Of a stretch of DNA of 64,000 nt, positions 27,801 through 40,036 are shown one piece after another; the stretch's first letter is position 1; each line of letters starts with the position of its first letter. The notes beneath the pieces are model-generated. The model saw only the letters and a program-made list of their open reading frames with translations, was not told the origin of the DNA and searched no databases. Origin of the DNA: Oculina patagonica (Eukaryota); assembly GCF_052425735.1 (NCBI RefSeq), contig NC_135770.1, forward strand, positions 33,790,001-33,854,000, given 5' to 3'. Both the position numbers and the translations under genes were made by a program.

Positions 27801-28972
27801 TACGGTAGTATAATGCTTCATTTTACCTTCTTAGTCTGGAAAAATGAGATGTTCTTGGGTTTTAAATCACAATTATTTGATTTCATTGGCATTCTTTCTC
27901 TTCATTTCTTTTTGTCGAGTTTTTCCTTGCTAAAACAGTCTTATCTGACAGAGTTTTCACATTGGTCACGTTGTACCTTACTGTTTTATTAGGAAACTAC
28001 TATCGCAAAAATGATAATAGTTTTTATTGTTCTTTACTGTTATCAGATTTATTTATTTATTTTTAATTTAAGGTGCAACGAAAAGCCATTTCAGATCATC
28101 TAAAAAGAAACACAGAATCCCATTTGAAGCTGGCTTGTGAAAGACTTCAAGAGCTTCAAGATTCATCCACTCTCACCACAGCAAGTATTGAAGAAATGCA
28201 AACTGAAATTGTAACGGCCGTGAAAAAGATTAAAGAATTATCGGAAGAAGTTCTAAATAGCGAAGGTCTGCAGGACTCTTTATGTGATAAAATAGCTGCG
28301 ATAAATAAGAAGTTACCAAAATTTCAAAGTAGGGATGACGCAACTGACGGGAGGCTTTCTGCTCTAAAGACTGATGTTGTTACCATGAAGACTGAGGTGG
28401 CAGAACTCACAGAAGAGCTGCCTTCTACCGATGGAACACTTTCTGCCGTTCAAGATGACATAACTGAGTTGCAAAAATTGATCCCTAGAGTTGACAGTTT
28501 GCAAGGTCTACGTGGAGAAGTTGTTGGGGCGGTGAAAATAGAACTTCAAAAACTACTAGAATCAACAGTTACTAAATTGAATGAACGAGATCGCATAATG
28601 CTGGATGAGATCGAATCCCTGCAGACTGATATTGTCACCATAAAGACAGAGGCGAAAGAACTCACACAAGAGCTGTCTTCTACCGATGAAACACTTTTTG
28701 CCGTTCAAGATGACATAAATAAGTTGAAAAAACAAAATCGCATAATGCTGGATAAGATCGAGTTTATCAAATGGTCGTTAAACGCTCAGTTACAGGACCT
28801 TCGTGACAACTCTGCACGGGACAAGATGTTGTTGGACCAATATCGTTCCGAACAGAAAACGTTAAAAGATTTCGTATTTGTGATTTTTGGCGTCGCCATT
28901 TTGGTACTTTGTGTGCGTTACGGAATTTTTACTGACCTGTATTCGCGTATCTTGTCTATCTTAAAGAAGTAA
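21893..28972 (+). CDS. TRAF-derived gene 3: RING, 5 zinc fingers, coiled coil, C-terminal hydrophobic (putative TM) tail, no MATH domain; about 507 aa
   Basis: Exons 21893-22035, 24021-24072, 24158-24265, 25221-25388, 26825-26899, 27496-27573, 28073-28972; GT-AG and in frame (1524 nt). Ends KDFVFVIFGVAILVLCVRYGIFTDLYSRILSILKK*. Confidence 0.9.
22793..23064. mobile_element. TA-flanked MITE rich in TTTCGCG motifs (family with several copies in the window)
   Basis: TACCTTATTGTTACTT ... AAGTAACAATAAGGTA; related copies at 1-365, about 15010-15184 and 57269-57470. Confidence 0.75.
25891..26064. mobile_element. Tc1/pogo-type MITE (TA TSD)
   Basis: TA|CAGTCAACTCTCG ... CGAGAGTTGACTG|TA; decayed relatives near 3676-3850 and 4288-4446. 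Confidence 0.8.
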
Positions 28973-29179
28973 CAGTGATAACTTGGTACCCTTCACTTTC
29001 CAATAGTAATTTTTATTTATTCTAGTCGACCAAAAAGACGATCCGAATCAGTTTGTTGTTATACAAGTCGTTAGGGCAACGACAAATAAATTCAGTTATT
29101 TCGTGAAACTGGAGCCACTTAAGCCACTTTAAGAATGAGACATTTTATCAATATTTTATAGTACACAAAGGGCGAGGAG

Positions 29180-29780
29180 AGATAGATAGTTTATTAATAC
29201 AACTTCGCAACCCAAAGGTTGAATTATGCTATATTTACAAATTTATAAAAGCGATAAAAACTTATACGATAAAATGTAAAAAATTTAAAAAACTATACAA
29301 GAGTTGTTAAAAATTCAAACTTAAGTACATTAGAGACAGGATTAAACTGCCGTGACTTTCTGAGGTTATAACTACTAAAATTGCGTGGGGCAGTAAATTC
29401 CTCAGCCTACCGTCATTGTTCTCTAAAATAATGTTAAACAGTTTGTCCGTCAGGGCTTGCCTTCGACCTGACAGAGTGACTAGATTTGCCTAATTAAGCG
29501 CTTCTTCATACGAAACATACGGGAAAATGATGCGCATCGCCCTCTTTTGCACTGCTTCTAACTCACGAGAAAGATACGCAGGTAGACTTTCATTGAAAAC
29601 TGGCCATGGACAGGCATATTCAGTGATAGGGCGAATGCAGATACGATGGAACTGTACTAACTCGTTAGGACCTAGGCCTGAACGCTTTAACTGAGAAAGA
29701 CAATACGGCAGGCGTTTCCTAGCTTTCTTTTAAAACAACTTCAGTGATTTGGTGGTTCCATTTTTAATAGGTCGCTCGAA
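29180..29780 (-). mobile_element. Decayed 3' fragment of a CR1/L2-group LINE
   Basis: Minus-strand peptides CIRPITEYACP and EAVQKRAMRIIFPYVSYEEAL, typical of the post-RT region; similar tail near 26200-26500. Confidence 0.7.
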
Positions 29781-30260
29781 ACGGTCCTCCAAGAAACCAC
29801 CAGGCTTATAGAGTTGTGAGGCATGTGAGGCTTATAGAAATGTGTTACGTAGTATGATTTAGTTGTGGATGTGCGGCTAGGTCAATTCAGTCTCGATTCA
29901 TTGAACATACACTCATTTTTTTCTTTAAGTAGAAAAAGTAGTCGAACCAGTGATGTAAATTATGTAACTATGTGTGTGACCATGACGTTATAGAGGTTTG
30001 GCTGTGAAGGACAGGTGTATGTGTAAGCCTCTGATTATACTTGTTACTTTTCCTTGTTTAAAGATTAAATATTAACTGTACCTTCCAACTACTTAGTCTA
30101 AGGTACTGTGATCACTTTCTCTAATGACCTTCTTCTTTCATAAAGCGACAACAAACTGGGCTTCCTAAAGTGCCCGAAGTCTCGCCTGAATGCCTAGCCC
30201 CCCCCCCCCCCCCTTTTTTTCTGGTTGTTTAAATTGTAACGATTTTTATTTAGTTGTTCA

Positions 30261-30301
30261 TTCCCTGATGAAGTCAGGCCGTGCCTGACGAAATACTGGA
30301 A
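30261..30301 (+). ncRNA. Minimal type I hammerhead-like motif, possibly inactivated
   Basis: TTCC-CTGATGA-A-GTCAGGC(CGT)GCCTGAC-GAAA-TACT-GGAA; the position equivalent to U16.1 is C. Confidence 0.6.
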
Positions 30302-31219
30302 GAAAATATACAAGTTCAATCCCTCTACCGTGCGGTCAGCCTTTCTGTTTTTTAACTTGTTCGTATTTATACAATTTGCTGATCAGATCCACCAGGATCC
30401 GGTTCTTTGTATTGTCCGTTGGCCCTTACTCAAGTTAAAAGATTTCCCGAGGCACGAATCAGTGCACACGAACTCAATCTCCTCCCTAGAGCCCCCATTT
30501 CTTTTGGTCAGCACCAGCCTAGTCCCTAGGCGTTCTCCTCCTCTCTCGGGCGAGCGCGAGGTCCACGTAAGGGCCTGAGAACGGGTTGGCGTGCCGCCGC
30601 TCAGTGTCATTCGGTGACGTCACGAAATTTCGCGCCAAATTGATAAGCGGGAAGGGAACGCCTGGGTACTAGGCTGGGTCAGCACCAAGAACACCCGAAA
30701 GAAACGCGCCGACTGTAGACGAGATTGAGAAGAAAACTTCACAAAATCTTCGGCAAAATAAAATAAAATCAGCGATTTTTGCTTATTTTGCGCTTGGTGG
30801 TAACTGCTGGCACTTCTAGAGAGAGGGTTAATCATTCAGAAACAAAAAAATATCGTGATTTTTACATTATCGTTCTCATACTGGGTTGTTTACCATTTGG
30901 CGGAATAGACCGGTCAGAATGACCAATGAAAAGTAGAAGTCGCTCCCACCCACCCCCCCCCCCATCCCCCCCCCCCCCAAGAAAAAAACGTATTTTAAAC
31001 GTTGGTGATTCATTGGCCAAATCGCGAAAATTTATTACCAAGGGAAAAGCACTGTTCTATTTGCTTCCAACGAAAATTTCCAGCATTTTTGTTTAATTTA
31101 AATTGTGAGCACCTTGCTGACAGAAAATTCTTTGCAGTCCGTTAACCATGCATGACTTGGTAATTTATGCAAAAACGCTTAGCTTGAGGTCTTGATAGTT
31201 TAATTTGAGTCAGCTCGTC

Positions 31220-34200
31220 ATGTCTGGCTTTGAATACGCGTTTGTAAATGAAGTTCTTCAAGAATACTTATGCCCGATATGTCACTGTCCCATGCGTGAA
31301 CCAGTGCAGACGAAATGTGGACACAGATTCTGCAAACACTGCTTGGAACAGTACATGAAAGAGTACGTAAACCTGTAAGATAAAGACAGCTGGATGTTTT
31401 TACTTCAAGCAACTAGATGTCAGTGAAAATCGCATTTATAGCCGTTCACACCTCTGGCATTTTACTATTTAAGGTTCAGGCGCAATATTTTCGTTGTTCT
31501 GTTATCTCACTCAGACACATGTCGGTAGCTGAAAAATCGGTAGACGAAATTACTCAGGCACTATCGAATGCTCGAATATCAACTTTTATACCATGCCATA
31601 GAAAATACAGCCAATCAGAATACAGGAAAGCCGTTGTATATTCGACGGTATTCAACCCAACCTTCCCATCGTGCGCTGCGATTGTATTCTCGACGAAATT
31701 TAGTAAGCGTATTTTCTATGGCATGGTATAAAATAGTTACACAACACTTTCTCGTGGTATACTATGGAATATCCCACTTGTCACTTGTATTTTCTTGGTA
31801 TACACACTCGCCTAAAGGCTCGTGTGTATACCGAGAAAATACAAGTGACTCGTGGGATATTCCATAGTATACCACTCGAAAGCGTTGCATAACTAGTATA
31901 TATTAAGCTTAATGCATACTCAGTTCATTTTGTTTATATCACAATTGCACTAAAATCACGAAAGAAATTAATCTTGCAAACACGGTAGCTAACAAACTTT
32001 AATGAACTTAGGCGTTTCGTGGTATAGTTTCCGTCAGTTGGTGTAGACGTTATCTAAAAATACTCTCAAGAAATATTCTTGTGCCGATTGCGGTTTATCT
32101 TGCAATGCAAATAATTGTTCTTCTACAATAAGCTACAATACCATCCATTCTTTTTGTTGTATTCTTAATTAGTAAGATGTGAGCGACATATTCCAAACAT
32201 TTAGGTGTATAATTTTTAGGAAAAGTGAATGTCCCATCGATCGTTGCACCCTTGATGAGCCTTCTGCGAAGGTAAGTACGTACCGGTATGTAAATTGACT
32301 TCTCTCTTGCAAAAGTTATAACTTTTCAGGCATAACATGCGCTATGATTTATTCAGGGGCACCCAAGGAGAAAAATATAATAGAGGTGTCGGAACACCGT
32401 TTTGTCGTTATAAGTGCCTTTTTGTGCAATTTTAAGCCTTATTTTTTAAACGCTAAGAAAAATGAATCTTTTCGGATACGCTAGCTGAACTTTTAAACTT
32501 CAGAAAATTATAGGGAAAGAAACATTATAACCCGAATTTACGAGCCGCTGTTGCCTTCTCAAAAATCCCAGCTGGCCTTTTTGGTACCAAAAACGACATT
32601 TTTCTCTCTCCGAAAACAAAAGGCTCCATGTCACGAAAGTCTAAGCTGAAGAAATCTCGAGCTCCCATTTTTCATCACACTTTTATCCGAAAATCGTAGG
32701 CGATTATAGGTCTTCTGAACAGATATTCACCGAAACGGTCGATTGGGTGCCGGCTGTTTATTTTCATCTCCATTTTTATTATTTAGAACAATCACGCTAC
32801 ATTAGTACAACCTAACGTCTTGTGGATAATGATCATTTGATGTGTTTTCATAGAATATATATCCTGATTTAGCAATTCAAAGGACAATTTTGGACTTTGT
32901 CATAAAGTGCCCTAATGAACACAATGGTTGCAAATGGACTGGGGAACTCAGAAGTGTAGAGGTGACTGTTACGCGGTTTACATGTTTTATTTTCGTCTGT
33001 TGGTTTTCACTGGGCATAAGCACAAACACAAGCATAAGTATATAAGAAGCATAAGCATAAGAACACAGTCATTTCTTTTATGTTGTCCTCACTAGGAATA
33101 AACATGTAAGCACAAGAAAACAGAATTGTTTGTTTTTGTAGTTGTTGTTGACGTTTATGTATCCTGTTCCTTTTAGATTAGATGCCATGCATATAAACAA
33201 GTATGTGTGTGTTGCTTTGGCAAAGCTCTGTTTGCTGGGATAATAAAAGACAAGACTACCAGTTGGCAGATTTTGGCCACGGATGTGGCCGTTTATTTTT
33301 TATATCAAGGATAGAAAGCTTAAAATATGGAAACCTTAAAGTATTATCCCAGCAAAGGTGAGGGAGAACCCGCCAACCCAAACCAACAACAACAGAACGC
33401 AGGGAGCAGTGGGAGGGGAAAATTATCTTCACTCGTTGACGCCATGAGCGAAAAGGCGATGTAACCGCGCTTTCGTAACCTAAAAGGCCGCGAAAATGTA
33501 ACCAGAAGTGATAGTTGGAGGGAATTTCACCGGAAGCTGGTAAAGACTTACGAAACAAGCTACATAAAACCATTTATTTTTGCAAAATAAATATCCTTTT
33601 TAATGTGCTTGTGCTAATGTTTGCGCTTGTGCTTTTGTCCGTGCTTATATTATACCCCAGTGAGGAACGGCCTTTCAAGGCTAAGTATTTAAAAGTGACT
33701 TGATTTTTTGCAGTTTACAACAATAATGATGATGATGACGACTTAATTTAAAGGAGCTATGTTTGAATTCATTTTTCTTCTTACTTTCAAATTGAAGAAA
33801 AACTCAAAATTAAAATTTTCTTATGCAGAACAAAACACCAAACTGAGGAATAAAAATCCCAAAATAAACAAGGTTGGTTGCGACTGACGAAGATTAAGAC
33901 GGATTACAAATGAAAAATTTGAAAACATTTGCCAATTTTTTCAAATGTTTTGTCCATGACGTAGCTTCTTTAAGTGTCAGGTTAAAATAACAGTTACACA
34001 CTAAAAAAAGGCACTATTTAAAATAAGATACATTGCAAAAAAAAAAAAAAACCAATCAGTAAACATAAAAACTTAAGATCTATAAATTAATATGCCTCGC
34101 CCTCTTAAATTTCTCAACTTATATTTCTATATCGTTAACTTTTAATTCAATTTGAAATCAATACATTGTTAAATCAAAAGTACAAAATGACGATTTTGTT

Positions 34201-37200
34201 TTTCAGACACATGAGCCTAGCTGCAGTTTTGTGGGTGTGAAATGCACTAACGAGGATTGTGAAGCTACTCCCCTGAGAAAAGATCTGCATAATCACGTGA
34301 CCAATAAATGTCCAAAAAGAAAAGTTGAGTGCTTCCACTGTAAAACATTCTTTAAATGGTACATGAAAGAGGTAAATGATTCTTTGTGATATAAACCAAG
34401 AGAACATTCATATTCTCTTGTATAAACAGAATATATCGATTTTTCTTATGAGGCTAATTGTTATGAAAGATGCTAAGGTTGCAACAGCCCATTAGATTAA
34501 TCAGTGCTGTTTGCCGTTATTTTTATATCTGTTTGTTTGTTTGTTTGTTTGTTTTTACTCATTATTTTTACAGGGACATTTTGACGTGTGTACGAAATAC
34601 CCGATGGCTTGCCTTCAAAGATGTGGTGAACATAAAATTCCAAGAGACAAGGTAGACCTGTAATTTTGTTCAAACATTTTAGTACAATTACCAAAAAAAG
34701 ATTAAGAACAAAAGTGCCGGTTACTGCCAGTATATTGAGTATCAAAAGCTGAAATAGAGTCGAAATACACTTCCGAACCCGTAAAATATAGTTTAAAGAA
34801 CATTTTCAATTTTATCGCGTGAGCAGAATAACCACAGTCAGCAGAAAACTGAGGCGTTAGTCAAAATACTGCAATGAACTGGCTTGGTCATGAAATAAAC
34901 AGCTTAAGTGCACAGTAAAATGCCAGGTGTGATGTCTGACTCAACCCCAATATGAAGGAACCTTATAAAGCACGCCATTTCTGGAAAAACGACTTGGCAA
35001 CTGATTCAAGGCTATGATATACCTGGGAGGTTAACTCTTTAATGTACTCGTTCATTGCGAATTGCGTTAATTACACTGTGGAAAATAACATTCTTGAGGC
35101 TGGTTCTCATAATCGCCCCGATCGTTTCTATCGCCTCGTCACTTCAAATTAAAAGGTTTTCTTGCGATCGGGGCGATTATATGAGAAAATTACACAGACG
35201 ATCGCTAACGTCTGCGGCGATTGGGGCGATCACGATCTTTTGGATCGCCCGTGGTCTATCCTTCTAGCTCTTCTTTCCCTTCTTCGCCGTAAAACTTCAA
35301 TAACTGAGAAGATAGGAGGCCACGAGCTTTGCTCTTTCATTGAAGGCTGCCATTGTGTTGCATCTAGAGCTAAAATGATTGTTTTTCGTAAATCTTCGCT
35401 CATACCACGCGATCGGGACGATCATATGAGAACCCCCGGTCGCTTCCAATCTCTTCGATCACCTAAGACCGTCTCAGAATTTGCAAAACGATCAATGCGA
35501 TAGAAACGATCGGGGCGATCATATGAAAACCAGGCTTTAATGAACAGTTTTGCGTCAAAGTAGAAGAAAACATTAAAATATAAAATAAAAAGGCGAAGTT
35601 TCAAAATTAGATTTTTAGTGAAGATAGGGTATAACAAAAACGTTCTTAAAATCAAGGTTGGCCTGTAAACATGAAAACATGCACGACAAAAATATTGAAA
35701 TTTTACAATTAGTAAATTTAAATTATTTTTTTCAATATACATTTTCTCCGCGCGAGCACCATTTTTTCCTATAATTATATTGGCTAAGAAGGACGTATTT
35801 TCTTACCGTGCACGAAGATAGCACATTATTCGTCAATTCTATGAACTCTAATGACGTGATGGGTAGATACTCGATCAGGGCGGAAGGAGAGAGCTCTGAC
35901 GCCCTGTACTCGAACAAGTGATTCATCGTTTTTGAACTACAGTATAACATTTCTCGTCATTTAATTTCTAGATGAATGAACACATTGAAAACAGTTGCCC
36001 TCATACTAAAGTGGAGTGCACGTTTGTCCATATTGGTTGCAAAGCTAAGGTACGATCTGGGGAGGAGGAGGGAACTCCCGTATGAAACGGACGGGGAAAC
36101 GGTCTACTCGCTCGGGGGTGTAAATTAAGGATATTGGCCTCATTAAGGGTTTTGATGGCCTGCGTTGCAGACGAACTAAACCCCGGTAGACTATATCGAG
36201 GATTCTGTGACACGTCCGGCTGCAACGCAGGCTAAGGTGTTCCCGGGGGAGGGGGGGGGTACTCAGGACTTCAAGTGACGGAGATGATCGAATAAGGGAA
36301 AAAATCAAGACCCAAAAAATCCCTAGGGCTTTCAACATAACCAAAAAGATCCCCACATAAAAAAATTGACCCCTCAAAAATCAACAGCGAAACACGTTTG
36401 TTTGTACTTTATTCGCAAAACTACCCAGCGAATGCACTACTGCCCGTCAAGACTGAACAGGCATGAAAAATGATATCTTTTAGGGGTAAAAAAGAGCTTA
36501 AGCCACATCCAAATTGGGTTTCCTTTAGAGGTTTTAATTCAACTGTTCTGATGAGCATCCCCATCCTTTTGATCTGGAATTCTCCCTGGAGGGTACGAAC
36601 GGTAGAAAGTAAATGTAGTGTACTTACTATTTCTAAGCTATCATTACAAACAGATGCATTAATTTCAGGGAGAAGGATATTAAATTTGCGATTTTTCTGT
36701 TTTTGTGGAGAGAGGTTCTCTTGTGTTTTGTTGATAGTGTTTTGTTCGCTTTACTTTTTTCATCGTAACTTCTGGTTCTTTTCAGGGCTTTGTTTTGTTA
36801 GAAACAGTATAAACCAATCATATTCGTTTCGTATATAGAAAATGGCATGCATTTTTTTCACTTCAGGTGCAACGAAGAGCCATTTCAGACCACGTGAAAA
36901 AATATTCAGAATTCCATTTGAAGCTGGCTTGTGAAAGACTTCAAGAGCTTCAGGTCTCATCTACTCTCACTGCAGCAAGTATTCAAGAAGTGCAAACTGA
37001 AACGGCTACCGCCATGAAAAAGATTAAAGAATTATCAGAAGCCGTTCTAAAAAGTGAAGGTCTGCAAGACTTGAGCGACAGGGTTGCTGAAAGAAAAGAG
37101 AAGTTACAAGAACCGCAAAGTAGGGAGGATGCATCTGACAGGCTCTCCTCGCTACAGGATGACGTTTTCTCTATAAAGAAGGAAGTGAAAGAGCTCTCGA

Positions 37201-37700
37201 GAAACGTGTCCGTCAATGCAAAGCTCTTGGAGCTTCAAGATGAAATAAATAATTTGCAAAAATTAATCCCCAGAGTTAACGTTGTTGCTGGGACCAACAA
37301 AAAACTTCAACAACAGCAAGAAGCGAATGCTAGTTTGAAGAAAGAAAACAGTGCTAATTTGCAAGTTCTACGGAAAGAAGTTGCTGGGACCAACACAAAA
37401 CTGCAGAAACTCAATGAAGAACTCAATGAAGCAATTATTAGAATGGAGGAGCGAAACTTTGATGCAAACAGTTGCAGTTTGGTATTGTCAGAGATAGATT
37501 CTGCCAAATTGGAATTACGACGTCTTCGTGAAGACACTGAAAGGAATAGGAACTTGGACAAATTTCGTATCGATCGCTGGGAAATGTTTAGTGAAATCAT
37601 ACTGACTAGCATTTTTTGCATAGCTGTTTACTTAGTTTGTTTTCGATTTGGAACAGTCGCTGATTTGTATTCGCTTATCATGTCTATCTTCTATAAGTAA
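31220..37700 (+). CDS. TRAF-derived gene 4, paralog of gene 3: RING, 5 zinc fingers, coiled coil, C-terminal hydrophobic tail, no MATH; about 485 aa
   Basis: Exons 31220-31362, 32220-32271, 32854-32961, 34207-34371, 34574-34651, 35972-36049, 36867-37700; GT-AG and in frame (1458 nt). Ends EIILTSIFCIAVYLVCFRFGTVADLYSLIMSIFYK*. Confidence 0.9.
33752..33969. mobile_element. Short TTAA-flanked MITE (Kolobok-like)
   Basis: TTAA|AGGAGCTATGT ... ACGTAGCTTCT|TTAA. Confidence 0.55.
35096..35538. mobile_element. TIR MITE rich in CGATCG motifs (Harbinger-like)
   Basis: GCTGGTTCTCATAATCGCCCCGATCGTTTCTATCGC ... GCGATAGAAACGATCGGGGCGATCATATGAAAACCAG. Confidence 0.7.
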
Positions 37701-37865
37701 CAATGATGGCTTACTACCCTTGCTTTTCCACCGGAAAAATTAACAATATGGAAGCTACAATCTGTCCTAAGAAACTGCCAAACTTAGACAATCCACTTTT
37801 TCCAAGTCCTACTAAATGTTTTGGGTACAATGATTTATCTATCACTCAGATCTTAAACTGGAATG

Positions 37866-38043
37866 CACGGTGGCCTAATGGTTAATGTGCTGGACTCCGG
37901 ATCGAGCGGTCCAGGTTCGAACCTCGCCTTAGGCACTGCGTTGTGTTCTTAGGACACTTTACCCTAATAGTACTTCTCTCCACTTAGGTGTATAAATGGG
38001 TACCGGCAATTTACTGCTGGAGGGTAACCCTGCGATCGACTAC
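37866..38043 (+). mobile_element. tRNA-derived SINE (second family)
   Basis: A box TGGCCTAATGG, B box GGTTCGAACC, body GGTGTATAAATGGGTACCGGC; antisense relative near 9230-9420. Confidence 0.75.
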
Positions 38044-40036
38044 TTTGGTAGTCTCCGGACATTTTCGGAAGTCGACAGAAATTTTCGGCAGTCTTAGGGA
38101 ATCGTCGTAAAATGGCCGAAAACTTCTTGGCGAAGTAAATTTCGCAATTTTTATTTAGTTATGTTTTTGTGTAGGTAATCAAATGGGCCGAGAAAAATTG
38201 AGGATTAATATCACGCGTGTTTTCAGAAATTTTGTCCTCTATGTTATGAGAATTATTACATACTAAATTTCATATTTTACAACACTTGCATTAGCTTACA
38301 ACCTCCAAGCGATCAGTTGACTATTTTCCGGGTCATATCGAAAAACAGGTCCCAGCCCCATGACGCTAGGCTATGACTGCGTCATAGACTAGATATGAGA
38401 GTTTGTATGGGAACTTAACATCATGTATAGCAGTTCTTTTCAAATATTAACTGCAGAAAGCATTGCAAATGTCGCCAAACATTCTATTACTTACAACGGG
38501 GATTGTGAATCTTGCATAAATGAAGGAGAAGGGGCATGCTTACCAGTCCACTCCAGTCTGAAACGGTATACAACTAAACTCTAAAACAGTTTTCACTAGA
38601 AACGTTTGCAAAGGAAAAGCCATGCATGCCCGAGAATACATTAAATGACAATAATTTAAGTGCTAATGAACCTTTAATTTATCTAGCTTACTGAATACAT
38701 TATATGTAAATTAGATCTTTTGTGTGAATATTTATGTTATGTTTTTCTTTTCCTTTTTTTTTTCCTGTAAATATTTGTGTAATGTATTGTAATTTGATGT
38801 AAATAAATGCTGTTAATAAAAAATAAAAAAAATAAAAAAAACTCTTTAGTCGAAGATTGGGTAGCAAATTTTACGTTTTCTTGATCTGAGACGGGGTAGG
38901 GGTTTTGACCCCAGCGGAGTACCCCACCCAATTTTTCTAGGTGCCTCACCTACCGTGGAATACGAGGAGACGTGTCACTGCATCGTGCTCGCACTACATT
39001 GTCTTGTGTGTTAACATATGATTTTGTTTCTACTTATGTCCTCGTCTTACGTCCCGGCTAGTGTGTAAAGAGCCGTGATTTTTGTCGCTACCACACGTGG
39101 CATGACATGCCGAGCAACACGAACCCTCGTGGGTGACCACCTTTTAAATGTAAAGTAAAACGGGCAACATTTCTTGCAACAGTGTTGCTTTGCAAGTTAA
39201 ATAGGTTTGTTACGCCAGGGACCGCGCAGAGGAAGCAAAAAATTGTTAGTTCAGTAATAAGGGACAAAAGTTACTGGCAAAGTAGACGCGCAGATAAGTT
39301 TAGTACAAACACTGTCATAAATTAGTTATAAGTCGCTATAATTATCGAAAAAATTTTCAGTTGTAGCCTTGTGCTAGTACAGGTTTATGTCTTTTAAATG
39401 GCTTCTTTTTGCAAGCGGACCTCTCAGGAAAACGAAAACGTAATTGGTTCAAAAACCGGGCTGGAAAAAATAGGTCAGCAAGGGTGACACCCACCCCCCC
39501 CCCCCGCCCGCTAATGTCGCTCACGCGTCCGTCTTTAGTCCCCCCCCCCCCACTCTAAAACTTGCTGCGCGGGCCCTGTTGCAATACCCGTTGCAATACT
39601 GGTGCTAAAACCTGCAAAGTGTTGGGAAAGTGCAATTTGAATATTAGTTTCATTTACAAACAACAGAAAGGTAATTTCTGTCAACAATTTATTGTACGCA
39701 CATCTTGATGTAAGATTTGCATTGCTGTTATTAAGCTTATTTTTTTATTTATTTTATACTTGCATAATTTGCATAGATACTTGTACATTACTATGGCAAC
39801 TGAATTCGAATCCTATTATATACTTGAGGCCAAGTTTTTATCTTGAAAATAATAAAAGCCTGTACATTATACGCATTGTGATGCCATCTTTGATAAGGAA
39901 TGTTCATTTTGTTGGAAGAAGGAAGAAACAAAATATTGCATTGTTCTTGGTAAAGGAAAAAAAAAAACAAGCGATAGCCCCTTACATCGTTTTGGCTGTC
40001 GTCCTTAGGGTAAAAAACAACTCACGGTCATGTATT

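Noticed and set aside
28973-31219. Hidden MATH exon downstream of gene 3 (and of gene 4, 37701-40036)
   Set aside because: No WK, YPNG or PWPF motifs seen on the plus strand; the regions contain LINE, SINE and other repeat fragments. A tBLASTn would make this definitive.
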